Shown: positions 11,831 through 26,274, counted from the whole stretch's first letter. The stretch: 63,065 bases of DNA, filler included, from Folioceros fuciformis (GCA_049999805.1; 7 parts of 7 records of this genome joined end to end with filler, not necessarily neighbours in it); one strand, 5' to 3'. Notes: generated from the sequence alone by a model not told the origin. Translations and numbers: made by a program.

Positions 11831-13564
11831 TGCCTGTGTCTCGATCTGCTGCACCGGAGTAGCTTCGTTTGTTCACCCAAACGCAACACCACCATCTTCA
11901 GTCCCAGCCCCTGCGAGACACTATGTATGGCATCTTATCAAAATCTACGTTAGCACCTTCCTGAGTCCAGTGGCCAACCACAATATCAAATCGATTGCCT
12001 CTATCCACAATCGCTGCCACAATTCCTCAGCTGTGATGTTTAGTAACTCGGCTAGTTCGCTGATGGGTCCTCCGACAAACACTTGTGAGAAGTTCATGCT
12101 CACTTGAAGCATGCTCAGATTCCTAATTGTCTTTGTCGCTTTCCGTGCACCGCTGACACTCCTCTTCATCGTCATTCACACCTACAGAGGGACTGCTTGA
12201 TGTGAAAATGCTCTGTGCTAATTGCCAAATATCTCCTTCAAAGCTTTGACAATTCCCGGATCATTGCCTTCCAAAGGGACCTCGCCTGGCTGTGCTTACT
12301 CACGAACATCGAGCAGTCCACCCATTAGGGTAGGGCGGCTGCTCTTTATCTTTACTAGCACCGACTTAACATATTATGGTGATTATCCGTGAATCGTGCC
12401 TCTATTTGATCTCCCAGGATCCTCGTCCTACTTCTATATTATCTATTCCGGTCAGGCTTATAAGAACATACCTATGTGTGGTTCTGAACACTACCACCCA
12501 CTTGCCCCATCATGACAAACCCCTTGTGTTGGAGTGACCTGCCTTTATCGCATAGATAATTCCGGATTGCCAAAACTAATGGCTAAACATGGGCTACATT
12601 TTGGGTCTCATGGTAAACTCCGACCTTGAACACCTTCTCGACTTGGCACATTGGGTTTGGCTTCATAAGAACCTAATCTTAAGTGAGGAGGGGTTTGGCC
12701 TCATGTAAACCCTCTCTTGAGTGAGGAGTAAAAGGATTAGGAAAACTTGTTTGGAAGTCGACTTCTACTAGCTGGAACGTTTTTTTTAATGGTGAGGAAT
12801 AAATAGTAAGCAACAGCAGCATTGACTATGACTATCAAGATGGTCTTCCTTGGAGTGGCAAAATCATGGGCAATTTCTAATGGCCCTTGGCAACGTGTAC
12901 GATGGAATACTTCTACAAGCGTATAGGCCAAAAACGTATTTTTAGGGCATGAGTTGCACTGGAATGCAGGGCACAAGTTGCTCGAAGTTGTCCTGTGCTG
13001 TCCAAATTCGTGAAGGTTACGTACGTAGTATTTAGTCCTGTTATTAAGAGTGGGGAAGCTCCGCGCGGGGTTCGAGGTTTCGTTATAGGCACTCCGCACT
13101 CCTATGAAGGACATTTGGATAAAACCTTCTTCTGTGTGCGCCGGATGTGGGTATCTTGCTGTCAGCTACGACTTGATATGTTTTTTGGGAAGCCAGGTCC
13201 GATTTTGGAAAGTTAGGCAACTAGAGCAAAATGCAAGCACTCTGACCAGTTCCCAGTACGAATAGAAAAATTCGGGACACCACAAATCCAGAACAACAAC
13301 CCTCAAGGTTCATGTCCCTCTCGACCTTAGGTGAGAGGCTGTGAACCATTGAGAGAAGGACTTCACGACAATGTTGTGCTTGAAGATCAAGTTGTGCTTG
13401 TCCTTGGTCTTCTGGGACATCACTGCCCCACAAATCCATGTATACATCCGTCTTGTTCATGTGATGGACTAAATCAGAAAAACTTTTCTCACATCGTGGA
13501 CATCCACAGCAATGTTGTTGATGGCGTTAAGAAACTTCTTGCATAGAAACACCTCCATCCAGGA

Positions 13565-14071
13565 TCATCCAACTTGCCACTGCCAAGGAAAGGCGCAACA
13601 AGTTAGGGAATGTCTCAAGATACGGAAGGAATTTTCACAAGTACCTGAGATGCTGCGCGCATATTGCGTATGTCAACAACCTCCTGAGGGTGCAAACCTA
13701 CCCGGAGAGCAGGCTCGCCTCGATTCGGAGGAGGAGCAGGTTTCGAAGCAGCTTCGATGGCCTTCCGAGCAGCTTTCCCTCCAGGAGATTTGTCGAAAGC
13801 ATCAAGGCTGTCAATCAGTAAAGCCACGCTCAGTCTACACAATGCTCACGCATTTGTTGTATCGCACCTTGACATCCTGCCAAGTGCAAGTGCCAGTTTG
13901 CTCCTGACTCAAATACAGAATGCAACTTGCCACAGTTGACTAGGACACAAGCAGCCTGCACCGTTTCTGTGCTGCTTCTGCTGCTTTGGCTCTAGCATCA
14001 GCGATGCTTGCCTCCTCTGCCTCCAGATCGACGTCCTTGTCCCCCCGAAAGCAAGAGCACAAACCCCCCAT
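13565..14071 (-). CDS. Small SVIP-like (small VCP-interacting) lipid-anchored protein, 3 exons
   Basis: Exons 14071-13962, 13807-13702 and 13579-13565 with GT-AG introns give MGGLCSCFRGDKDVDLEAEEASIADARAKAAEAAQKRLDAFDKSPGGKAARKAIEAASKPAPPPNRGEPALRWQVG*. The MG..C.C start suggests myristoylation/palmitoylation. Confidence 0.75.
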
Positions 14072-14554
14072 TTCGTCGCTTTCAGGGTGGAATAAACACA
14101 GGGAACACCGCGAATTTACAGGCGGATCCTACAATCGAAACGTATGCCCAACAAAGGCCAAGTTGAACAGGATGCCCAGCGTCGCCAGATAAAAGGATTT
14201 CATGACCCGAAGAACCCTTCAGGGCCAGCAGAACTTCAACATTTTTCGCCAGTGACTGAACATCTGTCGATTAGGGTTAAGGTACACATACGAAATAGTG
14301 TAATAATTCAACTTCGGAAGGACTACTGGCAAATGGGACCGACGAAGTCCGATGGAGTGAAGTACAACTAACTCTTAAGCGGCAGACGGCATTCAAGCAG
14401 AATCGGCAGCCACATCGAGCTGTCAAAACAGAGATGAGACAGAGTGAATTGAGTAATGTACTGTCCTTAGCGCTGTATGTCAACCAATATAGCTACCTAC
14501 GTGACGACCTCCAGCGAGAATCTCCATGACAGTGATCACTACGATGTACACTTC

Positions 14555-16882
14555 TCACAAAAAGGCATCTTTCTCTAGCAGCTTCAACACATCCTTTTGG
14601 TTGTTGAGCTTAGCAACATCAATGGCAGTCTTGTTGTCCAAGTTCCTCAACGTTCTGCATTCAGAAAGCATCAAGTCTCAGGCACCACTGTAAAACCTCA
14701 CATGCAACTGAAGGACACTCATAAACTGTGGGTTTCACTTACACGGCAGCCCCGTTCTTCAGCAGCAGCTCAACACATTCCTTGCGCCCATAACCAGCTG
14801 CGTAGTGCAAAGCTGTGTTGCTGTTCTTGTCAAGGGCATCCACAGCTGCTCCAGCTTCCAATAGAACTTCAGCGCACTGAAGCTGTGAACCGAACACACC
14901 ACTCCAACTACCATGTCAGTGGCAAAAATGGCAGTAGGAACAAGGATCTGCTACCTCTCCAGCATCGAAAGAAGAAACTTAAGGCCAAAACTCACTTCAC
15001 CATAACCACAGGCGAAATGCAAAGCTGTCCTTCCTTCAGAGTCCTTCTCATCCTTATTGGCACCACCAGCAAGGAGGGTCTTCAAGGCCTGTTCACCAGA
15101 CAGGACAGACCCAAAAGTTAGAAGAAACATGAGTCTGTAGACCAGAAAGCAGGCAGAGAATTGTAAGGAACTGTTCTGACAGAGATGACGAGGACTACCT
15201 CCACGTCTCCAGTGCTAGCTGTAAGATGGACAGTAAGTTCGTCCTCTTCCTCATCTCCAGCATCATCAACTTCCTCTAGAGCACCATCCGTGGGTAAACC
15301 AAACGGCATGCCTTCAGCACCAGGAGCACCAACACCCATAGCTCGCCCTAGCTTGCTGAGCACCACGGGATCATTCCAGTACCTGCAGGGTGCAAACAAG
15401 AAAGGGTGTGAGCAAGAAGCCACCCCCCCAGAGACAAAGACAGCACAAACGAGAGAACACAGAAAAACCGACGACTTCCACTTTGCCCCATACTTCATCA
15501 TGGCCGCTGGACCTCCAGTCTCTATCTCCTCAAGGACGGGCTTGAGAGTTGGGTCTTCTCTGACTTGTGCCATACGAGCCTCAAGCTGCTCCTTGTTTGC
15601 AGGGTTTGATATATTTTGCAGCATACCGGACATCGCTGGATCCTGCAAGTGAAACAAAACTCCGTCAGAAAGAAGATCTGCACGGCACAACAAATGAGAT
15701 AGCGACGTTCACACCACGCCTCACCTGCATCAGTGCATTCCCAAGTCGCTCAGCCATAGTCATAAACTGAGGGTTCTGCATAACTTGCTGCATTGCGTTT
15801 ATGTACTGGTTGGAGTCAAGTTGAGGAACACCGTCTGTCCCGACAGTGTGCACCGATCGTTGCAGTTGCTGTGCCATCTGGCTGAAGGCAGGGTCCTTCG
15901 CAATCTGCTCTGCCATCTCTTTGATGCTCGGATCCTTCAATTTAGACATACGATTGAATCAGGATGACTAAGTCCAGTTCGTGCCAAGTGAGCGACGAGT
16001 TCGCTCATGACACACCGAGCTGAACACTTTGAGCACGGGGAGATTTAAGATTCGTTCACAGGCTACATCCTCGAGAAGGAGGAACAACGGAAGGACCAAA
16101 ACTCACATTTAAAAGTCCCGTCATAGCAGAGAAGTCGAAAGGATTTGACGTTATCGAGGGCTGTGCAGCAGCACCAGCACCAGCACCAGCAGCAGCAGGG
16201 GCAGGGGCAGGAGCACTGGAGGCCGAGTTCCCCTCATGGGCGTCACTGGTCTCGGGCTTTTTCTCTGGGAATACAAAGCCATCACAGGAATTAAAACGAA
16301 TCGCATTCAACTTCAATCGCCACTTTCCTCATTATACAAGCCATCCCACACCGCAATCTGCACTTTGCGCTCTGCCTCTGAGCTAGAGCCGAGAAAGAAC
16401 ACGTTAGAATGGGCGATCGAATAACCTAACTCATATCTGCCACAGCCAGCAAGCGGGGAAGCAAGAATCTCATAAACAAAACCAATGGCAAAATTGGCAG
16501 CTCATCGGCAAAGCTGAAGTTCAGAGAAATCATCTGACAGCTGAAGAAAATCCTCCCACGAAGAGGAATTCACGGATGAAAACCAAGAAACCGATACAGT
16601 CATCAATCATTGGATCAGCCCCGTCCTGGAGACATGACGGTAGCCATAAAGACGGACCAGAAACGATTCCAATGCACCGACACAGTGTCCTAAACATCCA
16701 GAATCCTCACCACAGGCAGCCAGCCGGCAAGACAGAGGCACCCCAGGGTTCTGCGAAAACTGCGCAACCTAGCTACTAGGAGGAGCAAGAGCAGAAGGAG
16801 CAGCACAAGAGGAACAGGAATCCATGAGCAGCAACCACAGACGAGAGAGGGAGACAGATTTGACACCTCCAGTACTGGCCAT
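14555..16882 (-). CDS. AKR2: Ankyrin repeat-containing protein 2 (STI1/ankyrin chaperone), multi-exon
   Basis: MASTGEKKP.. [53 protein letters not shown], ankyrin [14 protein letters not shown]-terminus KLLEKDAFL*. Confidence 0.9.
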
Positions 16883-17317
16883 GGCGCTGACGGCTGTTGC
16901 ACGCTTGCTAGACGGAGAACAACTACTCGTAGCGCGATCCTCAGCACGACGTTGCGGTGCCACCGCTTGAACGTCTCGTCTGACCTTAGACCTACAGGGT
17001 TCGTATCGGCTTTTAGCCAGGAAAGAGTTGCGATTTAGACGGCGTCTGATTTTGATGGCGCGGAGCGAACTGGGGATTGGACATGATCCCTCGACCGGTG
17101 CCACGTCTGATATAAGCATTATCATCTTCACCATTTGGAAGCATAAATTCGGAAAAGGCGTCCCAGGACGTAGCGGAACTGTGAGACGGACAGTGTCCGA
17201 TTTCCCGGCTGCCACATCGAAAGAGTTATAAAATGCCGCCACATCGACAGCTGTACACGTGAGTCTCTTTCACAAGATGAGGAGCCAATTGGTGCTCCAG
17301 TAAGCATATCCCTGGCA

Positions 17318-19616
17318 TCATCCGCCAGGTTGCTGGACACATTCCCCCACGAAGACGCTTCCAGACTCGCACCACCCGACCAGGACGTCCGATTTTGCCT
17401 TCTGCTTACGTACAGTACAAGGGAAAGGAAGCCGTCAGGCACAGGCCATAAGCTCTGCCAGTGTTTCAATTTTATCACCATGCCACCTTGAATCCTGGGT
17501 TTTGGATACTTACCGAGCAAGTTGTCGTCTCCATGCTCAGCCACCGCGAGTCACCCCGAAAACCAAACAACTGGCCCATTTCGCCTCCTACAGGATTCCA
17601 TCGTCCACAAACGGTCTGCAAGCAAGTCACGTGGAGCATCAACGCATCTCATCTCTTTTGTAGGATAAATGCAAAAACATTGAGGCTGAGGCAATTACTT
17701 CGTAGTCAAGACCGTGAACATAGAGATGATTGGGGCTAACTGCTGAGAACGAGAGACCCATGATCTGCGAACACGATTTCAACTATCATCGACCTCGAAA
17801 TAGCGACTGATGCCAAGGTACACAGAATCCATGACGGTTGTCCTCATCATGAAAAGAGGGGTACCTCGTACTTCAAGCAGTTTGTCCACCTCGCTGATGC
17901 ACTCCACCTAACATTTAGTGCTACAAGGTTAGCTGATAAATTCCTGGGGTTTTCAGCCTACAACGCATGGCCCGACCGAGGGCTTGCTTTAAATCACACA
18001 AACCATGACTACCCGCACCTTCGGGGATCAATAACTGTTGCAGTGCGACATGCGCCTCCAGCAGCCAACAGTCCATTGCAGGAGCTACTGAGAGCATAGA
18101 GAGGGTGTCCACTGTAAGCACTAACAACGGTTTGCACCAATCCTCCGCGTTCACTTACTCTTAGATCCCAGACAGTCAACTGCACAAAGAAAACCGAACT
18201 ACGTCAACAACTATGGAAGAATCAACTTTGATGTTGAAATGTGCATTCTACTTTGATGCCGGACAAACAAAGATTCATGCATGCTGTACATAGGACAGTC
18301 ATTATCGCACCTGAGGGCCCCCCGCCACAGCAAACGTTGAGGAAAATCCTGTGCCAAACAGGCCACCCCGAAGAAACGTGAGCGCTGCTGGTTGCTGGAG
18401 GCTGATTGCCAAAAAACAGATAGAAAGTGGCTGTTTAGAGGACGAATGCAGTGGGAGCAAACTCATACATTTTACCACCAGAAGCAGTAAGGTCACAGCT
18501 TACCAACTTACGTGCGCAGAGTACGAACATGGATATCCTTGTCATAAACATCAATGGTCTTTGCGAAGCCCCGTGCAACCACAGCCTTGAATTGACATCA
18601 TAACGTCAGCACAAAAGTATAAAGCCTGAAGCTTCTGAAACAAGAATTGTACATCTGGACAAACGCCTTACCAGCGTAGGTTGGCCCTCAGCGAAGGCTA
18701 GGCCAGCCCAGCTGCCTTCTCCGACTCCAGCATCTTGAGGTACGACGGTGTAACCTATAGTAAAATGAGTTAGCAAAGAGCTGTTTGAGGAGGTGCAACA
18801 GCTAGTAAACAAAAAGAACTTGCCCTCCATCACAAGTAACCTTGAGTAGGGACATCGAGACGATTGACCATGAGACAACCATAAGAGTCCACAGAGCCGA
18901 GCATAAGACCTCCATCGTCTGTAGAAGGAGAAACAGTGAACAAGAAGAATAACATCTTTGCAGGCAGACTGAAAAACAATAAAAGAAGCAAAGCTTACAG
19001 GAACATCCCGTAAGTGCCACACTCTGTATTTCAGCACGGTGGGAATACTGATCAAGTGCCCACGTCTCCAGACTCTGTGACCAACATAAACTGGAATAAG
19101 AAATGGAATAAAGAATAACGGAAGGAGAATCCATACATGGGCTCTTCTCTGTCATAGAGACTCGCAGGCGCATAACACACAAGAACCAGACATTCTGGGG
19201 ATCGAGAAAACCTGCGCCACTGCAGGTACGAGCAAATCCTCCTTTCCTTTCTGAACAGCAGCACTGGATAGTGGTACCTGCAAAACAGGGACTGACATGT
19301 CAGCAGTCCCGTCAACTGCACTGTAAAGTAGAGAAAGGGAGAAGAGTCCTACCTTGAAGCCGTAAAGGTGGATTCCGGAAGCGAAGTAAGCGGTGCAAAA
19401 CAAGCTGCCTTCGTTGTCAATCTGTAGACCACATGAATGTGAGCTGGCTAGCCTGCCCACCTAAGTACCACCGAGTTCTTGGACGCACGCCGCGAGGGGT
19501 AAGTGGAGGCTTACATGCACAGCCAGGCGACGCGAATACGGGTATGCAGGAGAAGGATAATCGAGGAGATGAGAAGGCAAAGTGGCCCGCTGCAGCGATC
19601 GCATGCGCAACGCCAT
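17318..19616 (-). CDS. Conserved plant WD40/transducin-like protein, multi-exon
   Basis: Exon peptides MALRMRSLQRATLPSHLLDYPSP..RRLAVH|gtaag, YFASGIHLY, WSASARWTNCLKYE, FGFRGDSRWL, DVLVGWCESGSVFVG. These resemble a conserved uncharacterised plant WD40-like family (from memory); internal exons were not all resolved. Confidence 0.65.
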
Positions 19617-19973
19617 TCCCGGCAACGCGGCCTTCCCATGTGCCCTCACTCTTTCCTTCGTGCGCAACAACACATAGAAAACCCAAGGGGTTAAGTTGTA
19701 ACGGCACTCGTATCGGATTCGAAGGTGGAGGGAAAGTCCGGCACGCTGCTGGGATACTTGTGGTGCATCGCCCTTGCGCGGAAGTGTGGACGAGACTGGA
19801 CTTAGCTGAGATCTTGCAGCTGCGGCTGTGGCGTGGGGTTGTTGCGCTGTGGCCATCGGCACGCTGTTTATCGCGAGTCATGGTGCACACGGAGCAGCTG
19901 GTAGCGCAGGGCACGTCTTGAGGTTTGGACAGTGGCAGGTGGCGGGTCGCTGTGCAGGCTTTTTGCAGCAGAC

Positions 19974-20890
19974 ATGGGGATGTCGGAGAGGGCATGGATC
20001 CTCTTGCTTGTGCTGGCGGTAGCTGCGGTCGGGGCACCCATGGTCTACGCCGGAAACCAGAACAATGTGTACAGCCCTTGCAACGATACCAAAGTGCAGA
20101 AAAACGATGGCTTCACCTTTGGTCTCGCTTTCGGAAGCAATGGAAGCTTCTACGACAATGATACTCGAGTCTCCCCCTGCGACTCCAGATTTCTGGAGTT
20201 GTCTGGTGGAGCTGTGCTTGCTGTGTTTCGTCCTAAGGTGGACGAGATCACCTTGCTCACCATCAACGAGACCGACCTCGTGCCGGTCTGTGCGGTTGTT
20301 GCTGTTTTAGAGGATGTGGCCAGCTGCAACATCCTGTCTGCCTCTGAGTCCTTTCGTTCTTGTTCATGTGTGCAGGAAAACGGAAATGGATATGTTGTGG
20401 CCTTCTCAGGTGTACAATATGCCGCTGCATCGTTTGTTAAGTTTGTGGCTAACAATTCTTACATAGTCACCAGTCTGACTCTGGTAAGCAACTTGTGGGT
20501 TTCCTTCTCTGACTGGACGGATGGATGGAGTAAGCTTGCTTGCAGTTCCGGTGGAGTCTAACAGCTTTCTTCCTCCAGGTGTTAGACTTCAACAATGGAC
20601 GACTGGCAAACTACCTTTGGAAGGATGATAACTGCGGCGCGTGTCAATCAAGCACTTCCTTCGTCTGCATTAACGGGGAAGATTGTGCCATACCAACCGA
20701 AAAATGCATCGCTCGTGGTGGCAGTGTGGACTGCAGTGTGAGTATCCAGGTGACCTTCTCTGGTGTTGACAAGAGGGACGCGGTTCTCAACTCCTGGTAC
20801 CAGGTCAAGAATCTTCGTCAATATTCCCTTTATTCGCTGTACGATAACCTGAAAAACTCCCTGACAAGCGATTTCAATCCATTTGGCTAG
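19974..20890 (+). CDS. Secreted Cys-rich plant protein (At3g11800/At3g44150, 'Expp1'-like family), 3 exons
   Basis: Signal peptide, then NNVYSPCNDTKVQKNDGFTFGLAF, SPCDSR, VFRPKVDEI, LDFNNGRLANYLWKDDNC, QVTFSGVDK..LNSWY..LRQYSLYSLY. Confidence 0.8.
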
Positions 20891-21268
20891 AGTAGCTGGC
20901 TCTGGTTTGTGAGCCGGTTTTTCGTGTTCCAGCATTTGAGGGAGGCACTATGGCCCCCGAAGTTGATCAAAGATTTCTGTTTGGGTCATCTGTGGATCGA
21001 TCGAAAACTTGGACCAAGAGGGCCCGGAATGCGCGAAGCAAAGGACAGAAGCTGACAATTGCCCAGGATGGGACGTACGTACATATGCATAAGCATAGAT
21101 TTTCCCGCGTTTGGAATCCTACGAACTGTCCAGACAAGAGATAGAAAACCTAACGGACATACGGTACTCGTTGGCGGGCTTTTTTCGTTTCGCGTTCAGG
21201 ACTTGGCATGAGTTCCCGCCCTCGTACAGCTGAAACTGGAGAGGGTCGTGACAAGCCAGTCGGCAGCC

Positions 21269-24169
21269 ATGGGTATCAAGGTGCGATTTCTGAAATTCCG
21301 AATCGCCTGCAATAAAGTCCATAGAACTTACTTGAAGAGCTCGCAAGCTTGCGCGTCGGGTGACGAATCACAAAGGTTGTGATTATCTTATGCTGCAGGG
21401 TCTGACGAAGCTGCTGGCAGATAATGCTCCCACCGCTATCAAGGAGGAAAAGATTGAGGCCTACTTTGGACGTAGAGTCGCCATAGATGCTAGCATGAGC
21501 ATCTACCAGTTTCTGGTTTGTCTCTTACCGTAATAGTCGAAGGAGTTGGTGGTTGCGAGTGCTCATCTTCGTTTCTCACACGAGGGTCTGGTTTCGTAGA
21601 TCGTGGTGGGACGCACGGGGACTGAAACGCTCACCAATGAGGCTGGGGAAGTGACCAGGTATATTGAAATGTCTCGCCGCTCCTGCGCAGCTGTCAGGAA
21701 TTCGCTCCGATTATGCTTTCCCCGGTGCTACTCACAAGCTCCGTTTTCGTTGTCGATTTTACGGTCTTTGATTCTAACACTGGTGTGCGCAGCCATTTAC
21801 AGGGTATGTTCAACAGGACTATCCGACTGCTGGAATGTGGGATGAAGCCGGTGTGAGTGCCTACCTGTGCTTTGCCTCCATGTTATCTGCCTGAATTCGG
21901 CTGTTTCCACTCACTTTATGGTTGCGTGTAGTTATGTTTTTGATGGGAAACCACCAGAATTGAAGAAACAGGAGCTCAGCAAAAGGTGAAAACTGGATCT
22001 AGCCTATGCCCCCGATGGTTCACATGTTTCATGATCGCATTGAAGTACGAACTTTTCTAACCTACTGTTTGTTCTCCTATGCAGATACGCGAGAAGAGAG
22101 GATGCAACCGACAATCTTGAACAAGCCCAGGAGGTACAGATGCCATCACACGGTCGTGTCGTCCCCTATTTGCCTTTGTCAGGTCAGCCTTTTCAGCGTC
22201 TATCGAGCTATATGTCGACAGGCTGGGGAGATAGCGGACATCGAGAAATACAGCAAACGCACTGTGAAGGTAGAAATAGTCTCTCAGCCCTTGTTCAGTT
22301 CCTTTAACCGGGCTTAACCAACCAACCATTCTTTCTTTTTGCTTTCTACGGCCAAGCATATGTCTCACTTGACAACTTGCTCCAAAAGGTTACAAAACAG
22401 CATAATGAAGACTGTCGCAAGCTTTTGCGGCTGATGGGGGTTCCTGTCATTGAGGTCTGTGCACTGTTGTGAGCTTGTGATCTGAGTCTGCGTCATTACT
22501 GTGTGCTCCGCATGGCGTTTTGGTGTTCAAAATGGTGATTCTTTGTTTTTATGCAGGCTCCTTCTGAGGCGGAGGCAGAATGTGCAGCACTTTGCAAGGC
22601 TGGTAAGGTCAGTGCGATGTGTGTTCCTCCCTGAACATCATAGTATTCTATCATGTTGGCGATTACAGTCTTTATCTTTGCGGAAGTTGGTCATGCTTCT
22701 TAGAAGATCTTGATTTTTTTTCAAATATTTCATTAGGTCGATGCAGTGGCTTCTGAAGACATGGATTCTCTGACCTTTGGAGCACCAAAGTTTCTCAGAC
22801 ATCTCATGGAGCCAGCTTCAAGGAAGATTCCTGTCATGGAGTTTCAGATTTCCAAGGTAGTTTCAGCCAATGGAGGATGCCACTGTGGTGCCTGCCTCAG
22901 TCAAAGAACTTATACATGCGACCCACCGATGCTTTAATGTCGATTGCTCCTCTCCCTCAAATTGCAGGTCTTGTCAGGGTTGAATCTTACGATGGATCAA
23001 TTTATTGATATGTGCATTTTATGTGGGTGTGATTATTGTGACACTATTCGAGGTACAGCCTGATTGACAATATCTTAGTTTTTTTACGGTTCCATGATAT
23101 CTTTGTCAAGTAACTCGATTGCTACGCTCCTTGTACACTTCCACTTATAGGTATTGGCGCTCAGACAGCACTGAAGCTGATTCGCCACCACGGTTCTCTT
23201 GAAGGAGTTTTGGAGAACCTCAACAAGAGTCGGTATGGCAGCCCTCTTCCTTGAGCAAGTATCATCAGGCTGCTCGCCGTTTTACCGGTTCTATTGTGAG
23301 TATTTTACTGACTAGGTAAGACACCTGTTGCCAGCTACCAAATCCCAGAGCCTTGGCCGTACGAGGAGGCACGCCGTCTTTTTAAGGAACCGCTAGTTAC
23401 GCCTGCAGATGAGTTTCCAGAGCTGAAGTGGCTTTTTCCTGATGAAGAGGTTTCTCCTCAACCTTTCTGAGTGCATGAGACAGTGTTCAATATGGTCCTG
23501 TTATCAGAGTGGTTAACGGTTGTCCCATTACAGGGACTGAAGAAGTTCCTTGTTGAGGACAACGGTTTCAACAATGACAGGGTTACGAAGGTGAGTGTTG
23601 ACGGAGTCTTGTTTCCTTGTGCTTCTTGTACATATTTGACCTTGATTACTTATGCTTTTGGTGTTGAATAATGAAGCGGGGTTCTCCTGCGAGCCATCCT
23701 GAAATGTTTGCTGCTGAACTGCGTAGGCAATTGAAAAAATCAAGGCTGCAAAGAATAAGTCGACACAGGGACGGTGAGTAACTGCTTTTTCCACTGCTCT
23801 CGGTGGATATGAAGCTTTGTCTAACATTTTGCCTCTCATGTTTCGTCCTTTGATGTTGCATAACAGGCTGGAGTCGTTCTTCAAACCATCTGGGACTGTG
23901 TCTTCCACACTTAAAAGAAAAGTAAGTAACCCTAGCCCTATTCATCTCGAGGGCAGATTGTCACATGTACTCTCCAGTAACTGCCTGTGATTGTAATTGG
24001 ATCAAAGAATTGTTGAACTGGGGTTCACTCATCGAGTTGTTGTGATGTTGCTTGGTGCTTCATGTGTTCCTCTGATGAAGGTTATGTGCAGGATGCCCCA
24101 AACCCAAAATCTACAGGAGCGCAGAAAAAAGGAAAGGGTGTCGGTAGGGGTGCAAAGGCCAAGAAGTAG
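21269..24169 (+). CDS. FEN1: Flap endonuclease 1, many short introns
   Basis: [70 protein letters not shown] box QGRLESFF, basic C-terminal tail. Confidence 0.97.
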
Positions 24170-24790
24170 AGCTGTGTGTTTACCATCCCGTCTTTCGATT
24201 GTTGGCCATACGATTGCTAAAAGGTTAGCTGTCGTTAGCTGTGGTTCACACCTGCCGATGGACGCATTTGTTGGCGATGCATATCTTTCCATGGACGCGA
24301 GCCGCCGTCCATGGCTACTGACTGCTCTGCCAATTTTGCACAAATGCGAGATCTGCTCGAGAACTATTGCTTGGTCAGAAGTGGAAATCGCGGTATGCCC
24401 GTCAACTTTCAAGCTCTTGTATCGTCATGTACATACAGTTGAGGTCCTTTACATAAAAATAGTCGTGACCAGGTATAGGTAGCGTGGAAAGATCGTGAGA
24501 TACCTTTTTCATCAATCTGTCCTGCGAACGGCGTGGCATGTGCCTACTGTGTTACATGGCAATCTAGCTTGCAGTTTGACGGTTCCAGCGAAGGACATCG
24601 TCCTAAGCTCCAACGCACCGAAGAGACGACTGTTCTGGCCACCACACCGCACTCGACACATAACCCAACCCGCCCCCCCCACCTTCCCCCTGCCCCTCCC
24701 ACTCCCAAGGGCCTTTGTGACGGGCAGAACGCGGAAAGCTCAATATCTCCAAATGACTGCCGCAGCAAGTCAAGTCCCAAACTACATATT

Positions 24791-24944
24791 GTATGTATGT
24801 ATGTATGTATGTATGTATGTATGTATGTATGTATGTATGTATGTATGTATGTATGTATGTATGTATGTATGCATGTATGTATGTATGTATGTATGTATGT
24901 ATGTATGTATGTATGTATGTATGTATGTATGTATGTATGTATGT
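24791..24944. repeat. (TATG)n microsatellite
   Basis: About 38 tetranucleotide units with one variant unit. Confidence 0.97.
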
Positions 24945-25589
24945 GCTAAGGCTAAGTTAATGGCATGCATTTGTCAGGCGGGAAAGAAAACAGTTCTGCA
25001 TCATCTGGTGATCGCTACATGACATGAAAGGAAACTCGATTGCTCGTACCGCTCGCTAAGGCGTTCCCTAGCAACGTTTCAGTGTAGCCGAAAGTAAGAG
25101 CGGGCCGTGAGGGGTGTGAGTTGCAAGGTCTTCAGATCATCACAATCCCAGGCAGGTAATCACTGGATGGTACCTTAGTGTACCAACGACGACAAGTATG
25201 TGGGCCTGTCCTCGTCGGTACATGGAGTCCACCACGCCGCATACCGGTAGCCTGGCAATGTTCACATGTGAAGGGCTGGAAGCAGGAAGATAGTGATTCC
25301 GCAAACTGGAGTAACGATCCAAACTGTGACAATATTACATTACACCTGACTTTATCTGACATACAAGTGTCATGCGGAAACGTGAAGAGGTCTAAATCGC
25401 GTGGACTTAGAAGTTACACGTGCGGCTGACGAAAACATGTCCTGCAATCAGCCATGCCTGTGCCTACTTCGCAACATAGCACCTCATTCTAGCCTGTAAC
25501 CTTGGGATTATCACAGAATCGCGTATTTGTCTGTGTTGAACAACCACTTGATAAGAAAAAAAGAGGAGAGACTCTCCAACAGCATGCCA

Positions 25590-26274
25590 CTAGGACAAGT
25601 AACGGACCAGAAACAGAAAGCTCGCAATCGCGGAAATGGCGCCCCCACGCAACATGTCGCTGAAGCCAAATTCGGAGCAGAGAAATGAGTTGCAGGTACC
25701 AAAGCTTCCGATGCCTTCGTTCAATGGAGGGGTATACACTATCGGTTCCGTTGGTGGAAGAGGAGGGACAGTTGGAAAGTCTTCTATGGGAGGGACTGGC
25801 GGTACCGGTAGTGATGGCAAAGGCGACGCAGACGATGAAAAGACCTCAGGTGTTGATGATGGCAAAGGCGATGGAGACGGTGAATGGACCACAGGTGCTG
25901 GTGATGGAAAAGGCGACAGAGACGGCGGAAGGACCTCAGGTGCTGGTAATGGCGGATGGCCCGCGGTTGATGGCGCTGGCTGTGGCGATTCTTCATCGGG
26001 AATCTCGGATCCCGACGGATCTTGGTCAACCTCAAGCATGCCTGTCCCTACCGGATGATGAAGCCCGATGAAGACAGGTTGTACGTCGCGCTGAGAATTC
26101 TGCCAAAGTGACTTCGAAGTAGATGCAGCGATCGATGTAGTTAGCCTCCTCTCCTTGACGTTGTTCAGGTCCACGTTCATGGAATCTGTTGCATGAAATC
26201 GACCATTCCAAATAACATGGCTGTTGCCAGTGCTGGTGCTCGCTGCTTGACTGATCTCTTGGCGTGCAACCGCC
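25590..26274 (-). CDS. 3' part of a Pro/Ser-rich, probably GPI-anchored cell-surface (AGP-like) protein; 5' end lost in the gap
   Basis: SP/PP/AP-rich tract followed by a hydrophobic C-terminus GGAISAIASFLFLVRYLS*. The ORF appears to extend to the N gap. Confidence 0.5.

Noticed and set aside
12737-13460. Possible gene remnant (DYQDGLPWSG..VFLGHELHWNAG on +) and ORF 13221-13460
   Set aside because: Short and interrupted by stops; I cannot assign a family or a gene model.
24495-25022. ORFs with (YVCM)n or (HTYI)n peptides
   Set aside because: These are translations of the TATG microsatellite.
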